A stretch of 55,604 nt of DNA from the sequence record PV081573.1; one strand, given 5' to 3'. Both the position numbers and the translations under genes were made by a program. This document shows positions 26,855-37,246 of the stretch, one piece after another (the stretch's first letter is position 1; each line of letters starts with the position of its first letter). The notes beneath the pieces are model-generated. The model was not told the DNA's origin, did not search any database, and was given only the letters and a program-made list of their open reading frames with translations. Origin of the DNA: Acinetobacter phage vB_AbaM_3098.

Positions 26855-28078
26855 ATGAAGACTATTGTAAATGGCAGTGTAGTCTCTGTCAATGAAGCTT
26901 TTACAGATCGTATGACACAGTACATTGATGACAGAGCGATTGAATATCTTAAACAAAATTTACGTGAATCAAAAGAAACTGGCAAGAAATCTAAATACGA
27001 ATACTACTCTGATTTAGCAGACCGTGCTACTGATCCAGTAATGCGTGTATTCTATGAGTTCGCTATGCTTCTTCCAGAAGAGCAAGCTATGAACTTAGCA
27101 CGTGAATATTATCAACGTGAAATTCGCTCAGGTACAATCTCATATGACCAATACGAGTCAGAGAATGATGAAGGCGAAACTATGTCTGGAATTATGAATA
27201 CTAAGTTCTCAGTAAGTGCTGGCTTAGTAGATAAAGGTGTATTCTCAGCAATCGCTGCAGGTGAACGCCGTACTCCAGAACGTAATATGGAATTGAGTGA
27301 CTTATTTGAAAAATTATTCTTCACTTATCTTGAAGATGTAGGTCGTTTAGTTCTATGTGCAAGACTTGTGACAGGTTCAAGTACAGGGCGAGTTCGTAAA
27401 TCTGAAGCTGGTAAATTAGATTTATCAGAGATTATGCACCGCACTCCACCTGAATATGCAGAAGTATTACGTCAATACCAGAAAATGCTTGATGCAGGTA
27501 TTCCTGAAGATCAAATTAATGCGAAGAATTTACTTACTGGATGGAAGCCAACTGAAACTCACCCAGTGACAATCAAAGGTATTGCATCTCATACTGACTA
27601 CCGTGATGGACAAGCTGATCTAGAAGAAGGCATCCATATGATGGTAGGTGACGGATATCAAACTGTAGGTCAAATTAAAAAATTCTTCCACGTTAATGAA
27701 GAATTGATTACTTATGATGACGGTACTGATCTTGATGATGTAGACGAAGCTGCAGGTGATGATCGAAAGATTCTAAAAACAATCGAATTTATTTTGTCTG
27801 GTCATCCAGTTCGATACACTGATTTAAACAAAGCTCTGAAATTTGTTATTGCAGATAATATTAAGAGCAAATCTCCTATGCTTAAATCAAAATTATTTAG
27901 AAACAGAAAGCCGAAGTACATTCTTCAAGCTATGCTTAAGATGCTTAAGTCTGGTCGAGAAGAGCAAATCAAGCAAGTGCAGTTTGCAATTTTAGCTCCA
28001 GCTTTAACTCGTAATGCCAAAGCTAAGAAAATGCTAAATAACATTCTTAACTCTAAAGGCAAACAATTACTAAGATAA
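26855..28078 (+). CDS. leader-family protein 10, large (407 aa; MKTIVNGSVVSVNE|A)
   Basis: Leader with the SVNEA motif followed by a 390-aa body; lies immediately upstream of the tail-fibre genes. Confidence 0.55.
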   Translation: MKTIVNGSVVSVNEAFTDRMTQYIDDRAIEYLKQNLRESKETGKKSKYEYYSDLADRATDPVMRVFYEFAMLLPEEQAMNLAREYYQREIRSGTISYDQYESENDEGETMSGIMNTKFSVSAGLVDKGVFSAIAAGERRTPERNMELSDLFEKLFFTYLEDVGRLVLCARLVTGSSTGRVRKSEAGKLDLSEIMHRTPPEYAEVLRQYQKMLDAGIPEDQINAKNLLTGWKPTETHPVTIKGIASHTDYRDGQADLEEGIHMMVGDGYQTVGQIKKFFHVNEELITYDDGTDLDDVDEAAGDDRKILKTIEFILSGHPVRYTDLNKALKFVIADNIKSKSPMLKSKLFRNRKPKYILQAMLKMLKSGREEQIKQVQFAILAPALTRNAKAKKMLNNILNSKGKQLLR

Positions 28079-28112
28079 TATGAGGGCACCTAAGCCCTCC
28101 TCGGAGTTTAAA

Positions 28113-30350
28113 ATGATTGAACAAAAATCAAAAACATTTGAAGAAATTGCTGGAATTATAACTGAGCATCATCACGACCAGCAAACTGAAGATATTTCAA
28201 ATATTTTATTAGCTTTAAATACTGGTAAATTAATTCAAGCCTTTGACTCTACATTAGCTTCTAAGATAGGTGGATACCCTGTTAACTCAACAGTAGTCCG
28301 CAATGATGGTGTTGAAGTAATATCTACAATTGCTAATAACATTACTGATCCCAATATTAGTATGAATGGTTGGGAATTAAAATTAATACACACTAGCTTA
28401 ATAAATTATAACTGGGAACCTAAATTAAAAGGTTATCCATTAAATGCCCGTGTGATGCTTGACACTGGTGATATTGTTAAATCTACTGTGCCTAATAATA
28501 CAACAAATCCAAATTTAGATATGGCTGGATGGTTATTGGCAAACTCAGCTAGTGCTATTTTAGATAAGAGCGGTATAAGTCAACAAGAGGTTAATGACCT
28601 AACAGCGCACTTAGATGCATATTTAAAAGAAATGAATGTTCTTCCAAGTGAAGATATATCTCCGGTATTGAACCAAATAAAAGCAGACGGCATCAAAAAG
28701 TTACATGTTAAAAGTCGTGAATATATTGTTAATTCGTTGATTGAGTTCACTGAAGATTTCGAGTTCGTCAACGAGACTGGCACGGTATTTAATTTTGGAG
28801 ACACGGGTGGCTTCTATGCTTCTGGTTCTCACACACAGATAACAACTTTAGCTAGCGACATTGTAAAAAATCAGAGCCAATCTTTTGATGTTGCAGATGC
28901 GTCTCAAATTCAAAAAGGGGACTGGTTGGTTATCTACTGTACAGATGACTTTAGTTACTCACCGTATCGATACTACTACAGAAAAGGCGAATTTGTAGAA
29001 GTTGCTTCAGTAAGCGGGAACACTGTTAAGTTTTTCGGTAGAGCTTATGACAATTATCTAACCTCTGAAAATATCGTTATTCTAAAAGTTAATCCGATCA
29101 ATTTTAAGTTTAACTATCTGAAAACAGTTTCTACTGATAACAATCCTAATGTTCCATTAGTAATTGATTACGCCCGTAACTTTGAAACAGGGTATTTTGA
29201 GAATAAGGGTGGTAAATTTGCTGGACTTAGATTGCGCAGATGTTTTAATTTCAATATTGCTATTAACTCAGCTAAAAATAATGCACCAGCAAATACCTTA
29301 AACTATGGTATTCAGATTTCTAACTGCCAAAATTATAATTATTATGGTGGTAGCAACAATTCAACTCGTCATGCGGTCGCAATAGGCGGTGACGAAGATT
29401 TAGGTTGCGTGCCTTGTCGTAAGGGTTACATCTCTGGAGCAACCCTCCATAGTGAAACAGACACTTCTGGTTCAGATATGCACGGAAATGTTGAGCGCAC
29501 TGTATATGATCACTGTACAACAAATTACGCAACATTTGGCGCAGGTGATAACGAGTATGCCAACTGCGATATTTATGAGCGTGAGGGTCAAGGGTGTGTA
29601 CTTATTGCGGAGCCTAGAGGTGGTTTCTTCAAACTGACAAACAATAACTATTATACAAAAACACCATTAAATTCATGGTCGCTAGTTCATGGTATTATTG
29701 AAAAACAATTGCGTGAAGATTTGACAGTAAAACTGGATGGAGGGCGTATTAACGGTGTTGGTGGTGCATCAGCTGGTATTGTAACAATAAGACAATCTAA
29801 CGCTTTGAATGAAACTCTCACAAATAAAATAAATGTTCATATTACTGGAGGTGTATCTTGTGATTTTGATGCGCTTAGACACTGGGCGTGGGTTGAAGAT
29901 GGAACTATCGGTAGATACACTGTTCCAATCGGCTACATAATCGTTGATGATGTAGTTAATACGAAAGACACCGCAAATCCGTATTTAATCTATCCGAGTC
30001 AATCAACACTGGCTACTAATGTTAAAACTAGACAAATGTCGCAGCAAGGGGCTGTCTCAGTGACTTCTGCTGTCAATAACACAGCTACCCGCGCAAATGT
30101 TGTAAACTTAAAGTACAAGTATTCTAAAGCTCCTAATGTGATTGTTAGTGTTGGCAACTTGGTTGGTTCTGCATCATGGGATGCAACATTCTTTAATGAA
30201 GATATTAATGTTGAGCCTCTTCGAACACCGACCCCCGTCAACTCTTTAGTTGCAATAGATCAGGTTAGGCCAGCGGTGCTTTGGAATAAAAAAGTTGTGA
30301 CGCCAAAAACCTTTAATTTGTATTGGGAATCTGGAATACGTGAGATATAG
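28113..30350 (+). CDS. tail fibre / tailspike protein 1 (beta-helix type receptor-binding protein)
   Basis: ATG at 28113 with RBS ggag. N-terminal HHHDQQTEDI anchor motif shared with the two paralogs below. Repeated N.TNPN.D..GW motifs. Large C-terminal Gly/Asn-rich region. Confidence 0.6.
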   Translation: MIEQKSKTFEEIAGIITEHHHDQQTEDISNILLALNTGKLIQAFDSTLASKIGGYPVNSTVVRNDGVEVISTIANNITDPNISMNGWELKLIHTSLINYNWEPKLKGYPLNARVMLDTGDIVKSTVPNNTTNPNLDMAGWLLANSASAILDKSGISQQEVNDLTAHLDAYLKEMNVLPSEDISPVLNQIKADGIKKLHVKSREYIVNSLIEFTEDFEFVNETGTVFNFGDTGGFYASGSHTQITTLASDIVKNQSQSFDVADASQIQKGDWLVIYCTDDFSYSPYRYYYRKGEFVEVASVSGNTVKFFGRAYDNYLTSENIVILKVNPINFKFNYLKTVSTDNNPNVPLVIDYARNFETGYFENKGGKFAGLRLRRCFNFNIAINSAKNNAPANTLNYGIQISNCQNYNYYGGSNNSTRHAVAIGGDEDLGCVPCRKGYISGATLHSETDTSGSDMHGNVERTVYDHCTTNYATFGAGDNEYANCDIYEREGQGCVLIAEPRGGFFKLTNNNYYTKTPLNSWSLVHGIIEKQLREDLTVKLDGGRINGVGGASAGIVTIRQSNALNETLTNKINVHITGGVSCDFDALRHWAWVEDGTIGRYTVPIGYIIVDDVVNTKDTANPYLIYPSQSTLATNVKTRQMSQQGAVSVTSAVNNTATRANVVNLKYKYSKAPNVIVSVGNLVGSASWDATFFNEDINVEPLRTPTPVNSLVAIDQVRPAVLWNKKVVTPKTFNLYWESGIREI

Positions 30351-30553
30351 GAGCCACTTGTTAAAGCTTTTATTGTTTATAAGAAGTGCTATTGTAAGTA
30401 AAACTTATATAGGTTTAATCTATAGTGGATTTTTCTTAACATGATTCTGGAGCGGTTAAATTAGAGAATATTAATCTTTAAGTATTTGTAAATTAAAGTT
30501 TCCTAATTTAATACCTTAATTACATTAAATATCAAATTACAGAAGGTAATTAA

Positions 30554-32914
30554 ATGCCTGCACTTACATTACAATCAAGATTAACTACAGAAATGGCAGA
30601 AGTGCGTATTCCTGTAGAAGATCATGACAGACAAACACGAGACATACGTTTAATCGCGGATGTCGTTGAGTCACAAGATAAACAGATTCAACAGAATAAA
30701 CAAAGAAATTATGATCCTTTATTTATTGAAACTTATGGTGGATATGAGAAAGGCACTATATTGGTTTTGAGTAATGGACTAGAAGTAGTAGCTGTAAAGG
30801 ACAACGTTAACACCAATCCCAACAATGATTTAACTGGATGGGAAATCAAGAAAACAGATTTGTCTCAAATCTATGACAAAGAGGATGGCAAATCTATTTC
30901 CCAGAAATACGCTCTAGTTATTAATTCTATTGAAGATTTAAAGACTTATTCCAAAGGTAAGCCAGAGCAAGTGGTGTACGTGGAATCATATATTTTGGGT
31001 AAATCAGGAGGCGGTGGTTATTTCATACTTAAAACTGATTTCACAGATACTCCTGATGAAGTATACAGCTTCGAAGGTTTGGGTGGAATCTGGTTGAGAT
31101 ACGATTGGAAATCGCCTGATATTTATGATGCAGGTATTCTAGATTTAGCAGTAGATGTAACTGTTAAATTTAAATCTCTTCTTAAATCTACTTCAAAATA
31201 TCTAAAGAAATCAGTAATTTCTCTTAGAGCTCAAACTTTGAAGTTAACTGATCTAGAAATTCCATCTAACACTACTATTATTGATGGGGTTATGGATTTC
31301 TCCGCTTCTACTTCTATTTTAGCTGACAACAAATCTTACAATGGTTTTATCATTGGAGCAAATAGATTAAATAGAACCTCAAATCCAGGAGTATTTGCTG
31401 CTTATTCTCAACTAGATCAGCTAGAAAACATTGCTTTTGAAAGAGTAGGATTTAAGGTTCCACCTGCTGGCACTTACGGATTTTCTACAGATTTAATGTA
31501 TTTCCACAAGTTAAATGGATTTAAATTAAAATCATGTTATGGCTTAGATTTCAATTCAAACAGGATTGTAACTATCGCAGGAGGAATGGACGGCACTGTA
31601 ACTTCTAATGACATTCCTATGTTCAGTCTGATTGATCCAGTTAATGGTAGATGTGCTGGAATAGAAATTTCAGACAACCAATTTGACGCTGGTCATTCCT
31701 TCGGTGTCAATTCAGGAGGTCAAAGGTTAATTGTTCCAGCTATGCGATTAACTGGTTGTAGTGACATTAAAATTAGTAAAAATAACTTTAAAAATTTTAA
31801 TATTCCAATTTTAGTAGATGCTTATTGCAGAGATGCAGAGGCGTTCGACAACACTTGCTCTATCGATGACGAAGTGCTAGACATCTGGTTAAGTACAACT
31901 TCAAGAACCGATCAAGTTGGTTTGTACGGAGGTCAAGGTGCTTATAATATCAGATTCTATAATAACACCTTGAAAAATTTCATTAATAAAGCTATCATGT
32001 TGGAAGGAGTAAGCTACTCAGAGATTTACTCTAATATTTCAACTTACTCTGATTACGCCAAAACTTTAATTTCATCAACTTCTCTGTTCTACGGTATTCA
32101 ATTGAATTCCAATATTAGACAACACCCTTACACTTCTGTTGCAGGTGTACAGCATGTAAATGTTTACAATAACAGAATGATTGATGCCAAGTCTCCATTT
32201 ATAATGAGCAGCACTACAGCCTATTCAATGAAGAGTATAAGGGTAAATGACAATTCATTCGAATCAATTGGCTCTCAAATGGCAATGACAGTTAACAGAT
32301 GCTTCGATTCAGTTTTCACTAATAATAGATGCAAAGGCGGTTTGTCTATTGGAGAGGTAAAAGATTCTAGTTTCTCTTTGAATTCAATGCAAACACCTAG
32401 CAACTATGCTCTTTATTTGACAGGATCAGAAAAACTTAATTTAAGATTTCAAAATAATGATTTTGTTTGTGATTCTGGACCTGTTATTTACAACGGAACC
32501 ACCTCTGGTAATTTAATTGAATTACGCGGGGGTAAAATTCAAGCTAAAGATGGCACTAGTGCGGCTTTGCAAAATGGTGCTTCCGCTGGAGCTATTAGAG
32601 CTTATGATTTTACCAACGGTTTAGTTGAAATGAGGACTACTATTTCAGACAAACCTGTAAATTTAGCTGCAGCTGCTAGAGTGCTTCTAAGCCAAACTGT
32701 AACTGGTCTTAAAAATGGCTGGACTGCTAATATTAGTCTAGGTTCAATGGGAACTTTGTGGTCAGGGAGCTCTATTGATTTATCAATAAAAGCTGGAGTT
32801 AAAACAGACACTGTAGATATCTTAGTAAGAAATGAAAGCGCTGCCGCAGTCAACTTTACTCCTACTTTAACTGTAGAGTTCAAATCGTTCCTTAGTAATG
32901 TCTATACAAACTAG
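30554..32914 (+). CDS. tail fibre / tailspike protein 2 (pectate-lyase-like right-handed beta-helix)
   Basis: N-terminal EDHDRQTRDI anchor motif and VNTNPNNDLTGWEIKK motif shared with 28113; beta-helix repeat signatures (ISDNQF, SKNNFKNF, NNTLKNF, NNRCKGG). Confidence 0.6.
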   Translation: MPALTLQSRLTTEMAEVRIPVEDHDRQTRDIRLIADVVESQDKQIQQNKQRNYDPLFIETYGGYEKGTILVLSNGLEVVAVKDNVNTNPNNDLTGWEIKKTDLSQIYDKEDGKSISQKYALVINSIEDLKTYSKGKPEQVVYVESYILGKSGGGGYFILKTDFTDTPDEVYSFEGLGGIWLRYDWKSPDIYDAGILDLAVDVTVKFKSLLKSTSKYLKKSVISLRAQTLKLTDLEIPSNTTIIDGVMDFSASTSILADNKSYNGFIIGANRLNRTSNPGVFAAYSQLDQLENIAFERVGFKVPPAGTYGFSTDLMYFHKLNGFKLKSCYGLDFNSNRIVTIAGGMDGTVTSNDIPMFSLIDPVNGRCAGIEISDNQFDAGHSFGVNSGGQRLIVPAMRLTGCSDIKISKNNFKNFNIPILVDAYCRDAEAFDNTCSIDDEVLDIWLSTTSRTDQVGLYGGQGAYNIRFYNNTLKNFINKAIMLEGVSYSEIYSNISTYSDYAKTLISSTSLFYGIQLNSNIRQHPYTSVAGVQHVNVYNNRMIDAKSPFIMSSTTAYSMKSIRVNDNSFESIGSQMAMTVNRCFDSVFTNNRCKGGLSIGEVKDSSFSLNSMQTPSNYALYLTGSEKLNLRFQNNDFVCDSGPVIYNGTTSGNLIELRGGKIQAKDGTSAALQNGASAGAIRAYDFTNGLVEMRTTISDKPVNLAAAARVLLSQTVTGLKNGWTANISLGSMGTLWSGSSIDLSIKAGVKTDTVDILVRNESAAAVNFTPTLTVEFKSFLSNVYTN

Positions 32915-32921
32915 GTGAATT

Positions 32922-33449
32922 ATGTTCAACATTAAATTCGATTGGAAAACAGTTGGATTAGCAGTCTTGCTTTGCTTGGCTGCTTTCCTTACTTGGAAAT
33001 TTATTCACAATTCAAATAAAGTTGAAGATCAGAAGAATACTATAACTCAGTTAGAAGCAAAAATAAAGTCTGACAGAGAGTTATATAATACAAATATTAA
33101 TACTCTTCAATCCCAGATCAAATCTCTTAATGAGACAGTGGCACTAGAGAGGACATACAATGAAAATCTTAAAACACTGGAAAAAGTTATTGCTTCTAAT
33201 TCTGCTTCTAATTCCGGCTTGCTCGACGAGATTACCAAGCTCAGATATAGGAACAGTTCCGATACAGCTTCCACCGAAGACCTCATTCGACGAGTCGATG
33301 TTCTTAGTGGATCACTCGAAGAAGTATCAAGAGGTTACGGAGAAGCAGCGTCAGATCATTCGAGAGCTAAAGTAGAGTTCAGTAAGTGTAAGTCCTATCT
33401 GGATGAAGTGTACCGAATAGTTAATCCAGACAATAAAGAAGAGAAATAA
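32922..33449 (+). CDS. membrane-anchored coiled-coil protein (tail-fibre assembly/chaperone or spanin-like candidate)
   Basis: N-terminal TM helix VGLAVLLCLAAFLTW followed by coiled-coil heptads; sits between two tail-fibre genes. Confidence 0.45.
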   Translation: MFNIKFDWKTVGLAVLLCLAAFLTWKFIHNSNKVEDQKNTITQLEAKIKSDRELYNTNINTLQSQIKSLNETVALERTYNENLKTLEKVIASNSASNSGLLDEITKLRYRNSSDTASTEDLIRRVDVLSGSLEEVSRGYGEAASDHSRAKVEFSKCKSYLDEVYRIVNPDNKEEK

Positions 33450-33450
33450 T

Positions 33451-35559
33451 ATGTCATACATTACACCGCAATCGAAGACTTCAATTGAAATTAATAATCG
33501 TATTGCTGCAGTAAACCATGATGAGCAAACTGCTGATATCAAAGCACTATTAGACAAAGTAGATTTAGAGCCATCTCCTGATCTAACCTATACTGGAAAT
33601 CCTGCAGGTCCTACAGATGTACCAGTACCCGTTAATAAAGCTGGCAATTTTTCTTTGTGGTTTGATGCACTAATCCAGCCTATTATGAATTTAATTTCCA
33701 AGCAAAGTAAAGCAACTGGTATTTTAGACTCATCTGGCAAAACTCAGCAACAAATTAATGATGCTGTTCTAGGCGTCACTTACTACGCAGCCTTAGAAGG
33801 CTTCGTTCCAGATGACATTTCCAAAGCTACAGCGAATTCCCTAGCTTGGGTTAATTTGCAAAATAAAATGGTAAATGGAGATAGTGTCGTATTTGATTTG
33901 GGTACTTTTTATTTTAACGATCCTATTAACATTACTAAAATTATTAATATTGAAGGCAGAGAAAAACAGCACACTTTGTTTAAATTTAATAACCCTACTA
34001 ATGGCATTATAAGAAATGTACGAGGTGGTAGGCTATCTAATTTTACAGTAACTGGAACTAAAACTGCAGTTACACTTGATCCTAAAAACAAAATATTTGG
34101 CACCATTGGATTATACGACAAATATGATGAAGCAGCGTCAGCTGCTGGTTACATTGACACTTATAATGTAGTGTCAACTGGGTTCGACTGTGGTCGAGTA
34201 AATGCAACAGAAGGCAGTTCAACTTGGAATGGAGCTTACCGAGAAACTAGAGATTGCTGGTTCCGAAATAACCGTATAGGTTTGGTTTTCCTTAATGGAA
34301 GCACAGATGACAAATATTACGGTGGTATTGTAAGCGCAAATACAGAAATTGGAATCTGGTCTTACTCTACTACTGCGATGTATAATAACTGTAAATTTAT
34401 AGGGACTACTATTGAAGGTAATGGAATTTATGACCAATCTTTAGGTTATAATTCTTCAACTCCTTCTAAATGCAATATCTATGTTGGCGGAGTTGCATCT
34501 GTTTATCTAATTGGAAGCTACAATGAAAAAGCTCTAAATTTTATTGAAGAAGGCGGTCAATTATATAAAATAGGATGTCACAATCACAGTAACGCTATTG
34601 ATTTAACTAAGAATGGATATGTATTTTATTCTGGAATTAACTGGGGTAAATTAACTTTAGTTCCGTATTTCAATACTCTGGGCTCTATTTTATATCCTTT
34701 CACAGGAATCACTAACCCAGCAGTTCAATCTACTACGGCTAAAACTGTTAAATTTAGATCTACAGTTAACAACGGTGTTGGATATGCAGTTCGTTCTAGA
34801 TTAATTACATTGCCGTCTGGTATTTTAGCTGATTCTATTGGCGGTGAATATTTCAGATTAAAATATAAAATTAATTCTGGATACACAGCAAATGCTGGAT
34901 TAAAGCCTGTCGTTGAAATTTATTTCTACGCTAAAGATGGCAGTTACATGGGTCTTAGAACAGGTATCTGGTCAAATTACCAAACTCAATCTGGTAATGG
35001 CCAAGTTGCCGACATCAGCGCAATAGCTCCTTCTAGTGTATCTACAACTGCAGGTGCGTGGTCTATTAACAAAGGTCAGGAATTAAGTCATATTCTAGTG
35101 TCAATAGCATTCAAGAAGGGAGATAACTCTAATCCAGATTTTAGTTCAGATAATTTAGATATAGATATTTTCGACATGTCAGTTGGTTTCTTCGCTAAAA
35201 ATGAATATAACCTTACTCCTTTCAGACATGATACAGGTACAACTGAACAAAGACCTTTATTACAGTCTACTGACATTAACTACAGATATTTAGATACTAC
35301 TCTAAATAGGACTGTTATTTGGAATGGAACTGCATGGGTTAATGAATTTATCCAAGCTGATTTAACTGCAGGATTAACAGCTGGAACTTCAACTACTGCT
35401 AACTTATCTGCGATAGCCAATGCTATTAACACTACAGGTAAGCGGACAGGTTTAACAGTTCTGAATACAACCAACAATAAATTTTATATGGCTGTAGGTG
35501 GAGCTGCAGGGGACAACTGGATTTCAACAGATGGAAGTTCAACTCTAACCCCAGTTTAA
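33451..35559 (+). CDS. tail fibre / tailspike protein 3
   Basis: N-terminal VNHDEQTADIKALL anchor motif as in the paralogs; Gly/Asn/Tyr-rich beta-rich body; terminator follows. Confidence 0.6.
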   Translation: MSYITPQSKTSIEINNRIAAVNHDEQTADIKALLDKVDLEPSPDLTYTGNPAGPTDVPVPVNKAGNFSLWFDALIQPIMNLISKQSKATGILDSSGKTQQQINDAVLGVTYYAALEGFVPDDISKATANSLAWVNLQNKMVNGDSVVFDLGTFYFNDPINITKIINIEGREKQHTLFKFNNPTNGIIRNVRGGRLSNFTVTGTKTAVTLDPKNKIFGTIGLYDKYDEAASAAGYIDTYNVVSTGFDCGRVNATEGSSTWNGAYRETRDCWFRNNRIGLVFLNGSTDDKYYGGIVSANTEIGIWSYSTTAMYNNCKFIGTTIEGNGIYDQSLGYNSSTPSKCNIYVGGVASVYLIGSYNEKALNFIEEGGQLYKIGCHNHSNAIDLTKNGYVFYSGINWGKLTLVPYFNTLGSILYPFTGITNPAVQSTTAKTVKFRSTVNNGVGYAVRSRLITLPSGILADSIGGEYFRLKYKINSGYTANAGLKPVVEIYFYAKDGSYMGLRTGIWSNYQTQSGNGQVADISAIAPSSVSTTAGAWSINKGQELSHILVSIAFKKGDNSNPDFSSDNLDIDIFDMSVGFFAKNEYNLTPFRHDTGTTEQRPLLQSTDINYRYLDTTLNRTVIWNGTAWVNEFIQADLTAGLTAGTSTTANLSAIANAINTTGKRTGLTVLNTTNNKFYMAVGGAAGDNWISTDGSSTLTPV

Positions 35560-35572
35560 CGTTACAAATAAG

Positions 35573-35596
35573 CCCTGACTTCGGTTGGGGTTTTCT
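35573..35596 (+). terminator. rho-independent terminator after the tail-fibre genes
   Basis: ccctgac-ttcg-gttgggg (with GU pairs) followed by tttt. Confidence 0.6.
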
Positions 35597-35720
35597 CATG
35601 CCAATTTTAACTTCTAGTCGTTTTTAATCAGCTTATAAGCTGTTTAAATTAACATTTAAGAGGGCAGCAGGGGAAGAGTATATCTCCCTTTATTCTATTT
35701 TTATTTAAATTGGATTTAAC

Positions 35721-35984
35721 ATGATTTTAAACCTTAATGACTTAGACATTGCAATTGAACTAACTGAGATAGTTGCAATTAGAAAATTACCTAATTCTCT
35801 TGAAATTGTATTTAAGGGAACTTCAATGAAATTTAATTCAGATGATTTGCAAAATCCAAATGTAAATTTACAGCAACTGTATCAATGTATTAAATCAATC
35901 TGGATTCAGAACATAACTACACTTAAATCTGCTCCTTATGAGGTTGAGTTTATAAGAGGAACTCCAAAGAGGATTCAGAAATGA
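35721..35984 (+). CDS. hypothetical protein (87 aa)
   Basis: ORF. Confidence 0.4.
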   Translation: MILNLNDLDIAIELTEIVAIRKLPNSLEIVFKGTSMKFNSDDLQNPNVNLQQLYQCIKSIWIQNITTLKSAPYEVEFIRGTPKRIQK

Positions 35985-36211
35985 CAAATAGAATTCACCA
36001 AACTGGAGAAACTTACTGTATTTCAGATGAAGGAGGATGGCTCCCTGGAGTTTATGAATCCTGTGAAGTTGCAGAACTTGCACTGAAATACAAAAATCTT
36101 GATAATTGGAGATTCCTACAGAAGCTCCAAGATATAGCAAATGAAAATCCTGATGAAGATAAACGTGTAATTACCGAAGATTTAATCTTATCACAACTGG
36201 AGAAAATTTAA
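35981..36211 (+). CDS. hypothetical protein (76 aa)
   Basis: ORF, overlapping start/stop with neighbours. Confidence 0.4.
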   Translation: MTNRIHQTGETYCISDEGGWLPGVYESCEVAELALKYKNLDNWRFLQKLQDIANENPDEDKRVITEDLILSQLEKI

Positions 36212-36484
36212 ATGAAATTTGCATTATTAACTGTTGCAACTATGATTGCATTAGCGGGTTGCAATAAGAACACATATGAAAGCTCAGGCAAATATCTACT
36301 GCCAGATGAACTATCTGATTGTAAAATCTATGTACTGCAAGCGGATGGAATTGGAGAAACTCTAAATGTAGTTCGCTGTCCTAACTCTCAAACTGCGGTA
36401 AATTACCAAAGCGGTAAAATAACAACTAACACTGTCGTAATTGACGGTGAAACTTATCAGAAGGTTAATTATGAAGTTAACTAG
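36212..36484 (+). CDS. lipoprotein (90 aa)
   Basis: MKFALLTVATMIALAGC has a signal peptide with lipobox LAGC. Confidence 0.5.
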   Translation: MKFALLTVATMIALAGCNKNTYESSGKYLLPDELSDCKIYVLQADGIGETLNVVRCPNSQTAVNYQSGKITTNTVVIDGETYQKVNYEVN

Positions 36485-36923
36485 ATTTGAACGTGAATAC
36501 TGTAAAGCTAACGGTATAATGACTTGGGGTGGAATGCCTGAGAAATACGTAAATAAGAAGGAGGATGGAGAGTACGAGAATCCACTCGTCCAGTATCATT
36601 TCGAAGGATATAAGATGGGTGAGGGTCATCTGTCACTATCAAGTAGACTTTCAGCAATGGCAATTAATCTAGAAGAAAAGATTCAAGCTATTCTGGATAA
36701 ATGTGAAGTTGCTCCAGTATCTAACCTATCTAAATCTGGAAGTGGCATGTCAACCCAGACTGACTTTAATTTAATAAAGAGTCAGTACTCAAGATTATTT
36801 CCATTTGACGAATCTATAGATGATGTAGAAGAGTTACAATTCTATGTTAACTTCCTATTGGACTTTCAGGGAATGGTAATTCAAAGCATTACTGGATTGA
36901 AAAGTCCGCCTAAGAAACCCTAG
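36471..36923 (+). CDS. hypothetical protein (150 aa)
   Basis: ATG at 36471 with RBS agaagg; the track start at 36441 is less likely. Confidence 0.45.
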   Translation: MKLTRFEREYCKANGIMTWGGMPEKYVNKKEDGEYENPLVQYHFEGYKMGEGHLSLSSRLSAMAINLEEKIQAILDKCEVAPVSNLSKSGSGMSTQTDFNLIKSQYSRLFPFDESIDDVEELQFYVNFLLDFQGMVIQSITGLKSPPKKP

Positions 36924-36932
36924 GAGAATTTT

Positions 36933-37190
36933 ATGAGTTACTGGTTCAATGCCTCTGTTGAATTTAAGAACAATTGTGAATATCCTGAAGGTATAGTTAA
37001 GAAAGAAATTTCTAAATTAAATATTAAAGGAATGGGAACTAGAGTTGAAGGAGATATAGTATATATAGTCCAACAAGATCCAGATTATTTGCAGTGCTTT
37101 GAGTTGATTAAGAATTTGAAGTCAAATCATCTGGTATGTATGATTCACATTTCAAGTTTACATTGCGAAACACTGTCTACTCACAAATAA
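36933..37190 (+). CDS. hypothetical protein (85 aa)
   Basis: ORF. Confidence 0.4.
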   Translation: MSYWFNASVEFKNNCEYPEGIVKKEISKLNIKGMGTRVEGDIVYIVQQDPDYLQCFELIKNLKSNHLVCMIHISSLHCETLSTHK

Positions 37191-37246
37191 GACGAACAGC
37201 TGTTTAGTTGTAAGAAATACACACTTAATATCACTGGAGTAATATC

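Noticed and set aside
28081-28098. Hairpin gagggc-acctaa-gccctc just before the tail-fibre start, considered as a terminator
   Set aside because: There is no downstream T-run, and it overlaps the RBS region of 28113. It is more likely a translational or RNA-stability element.
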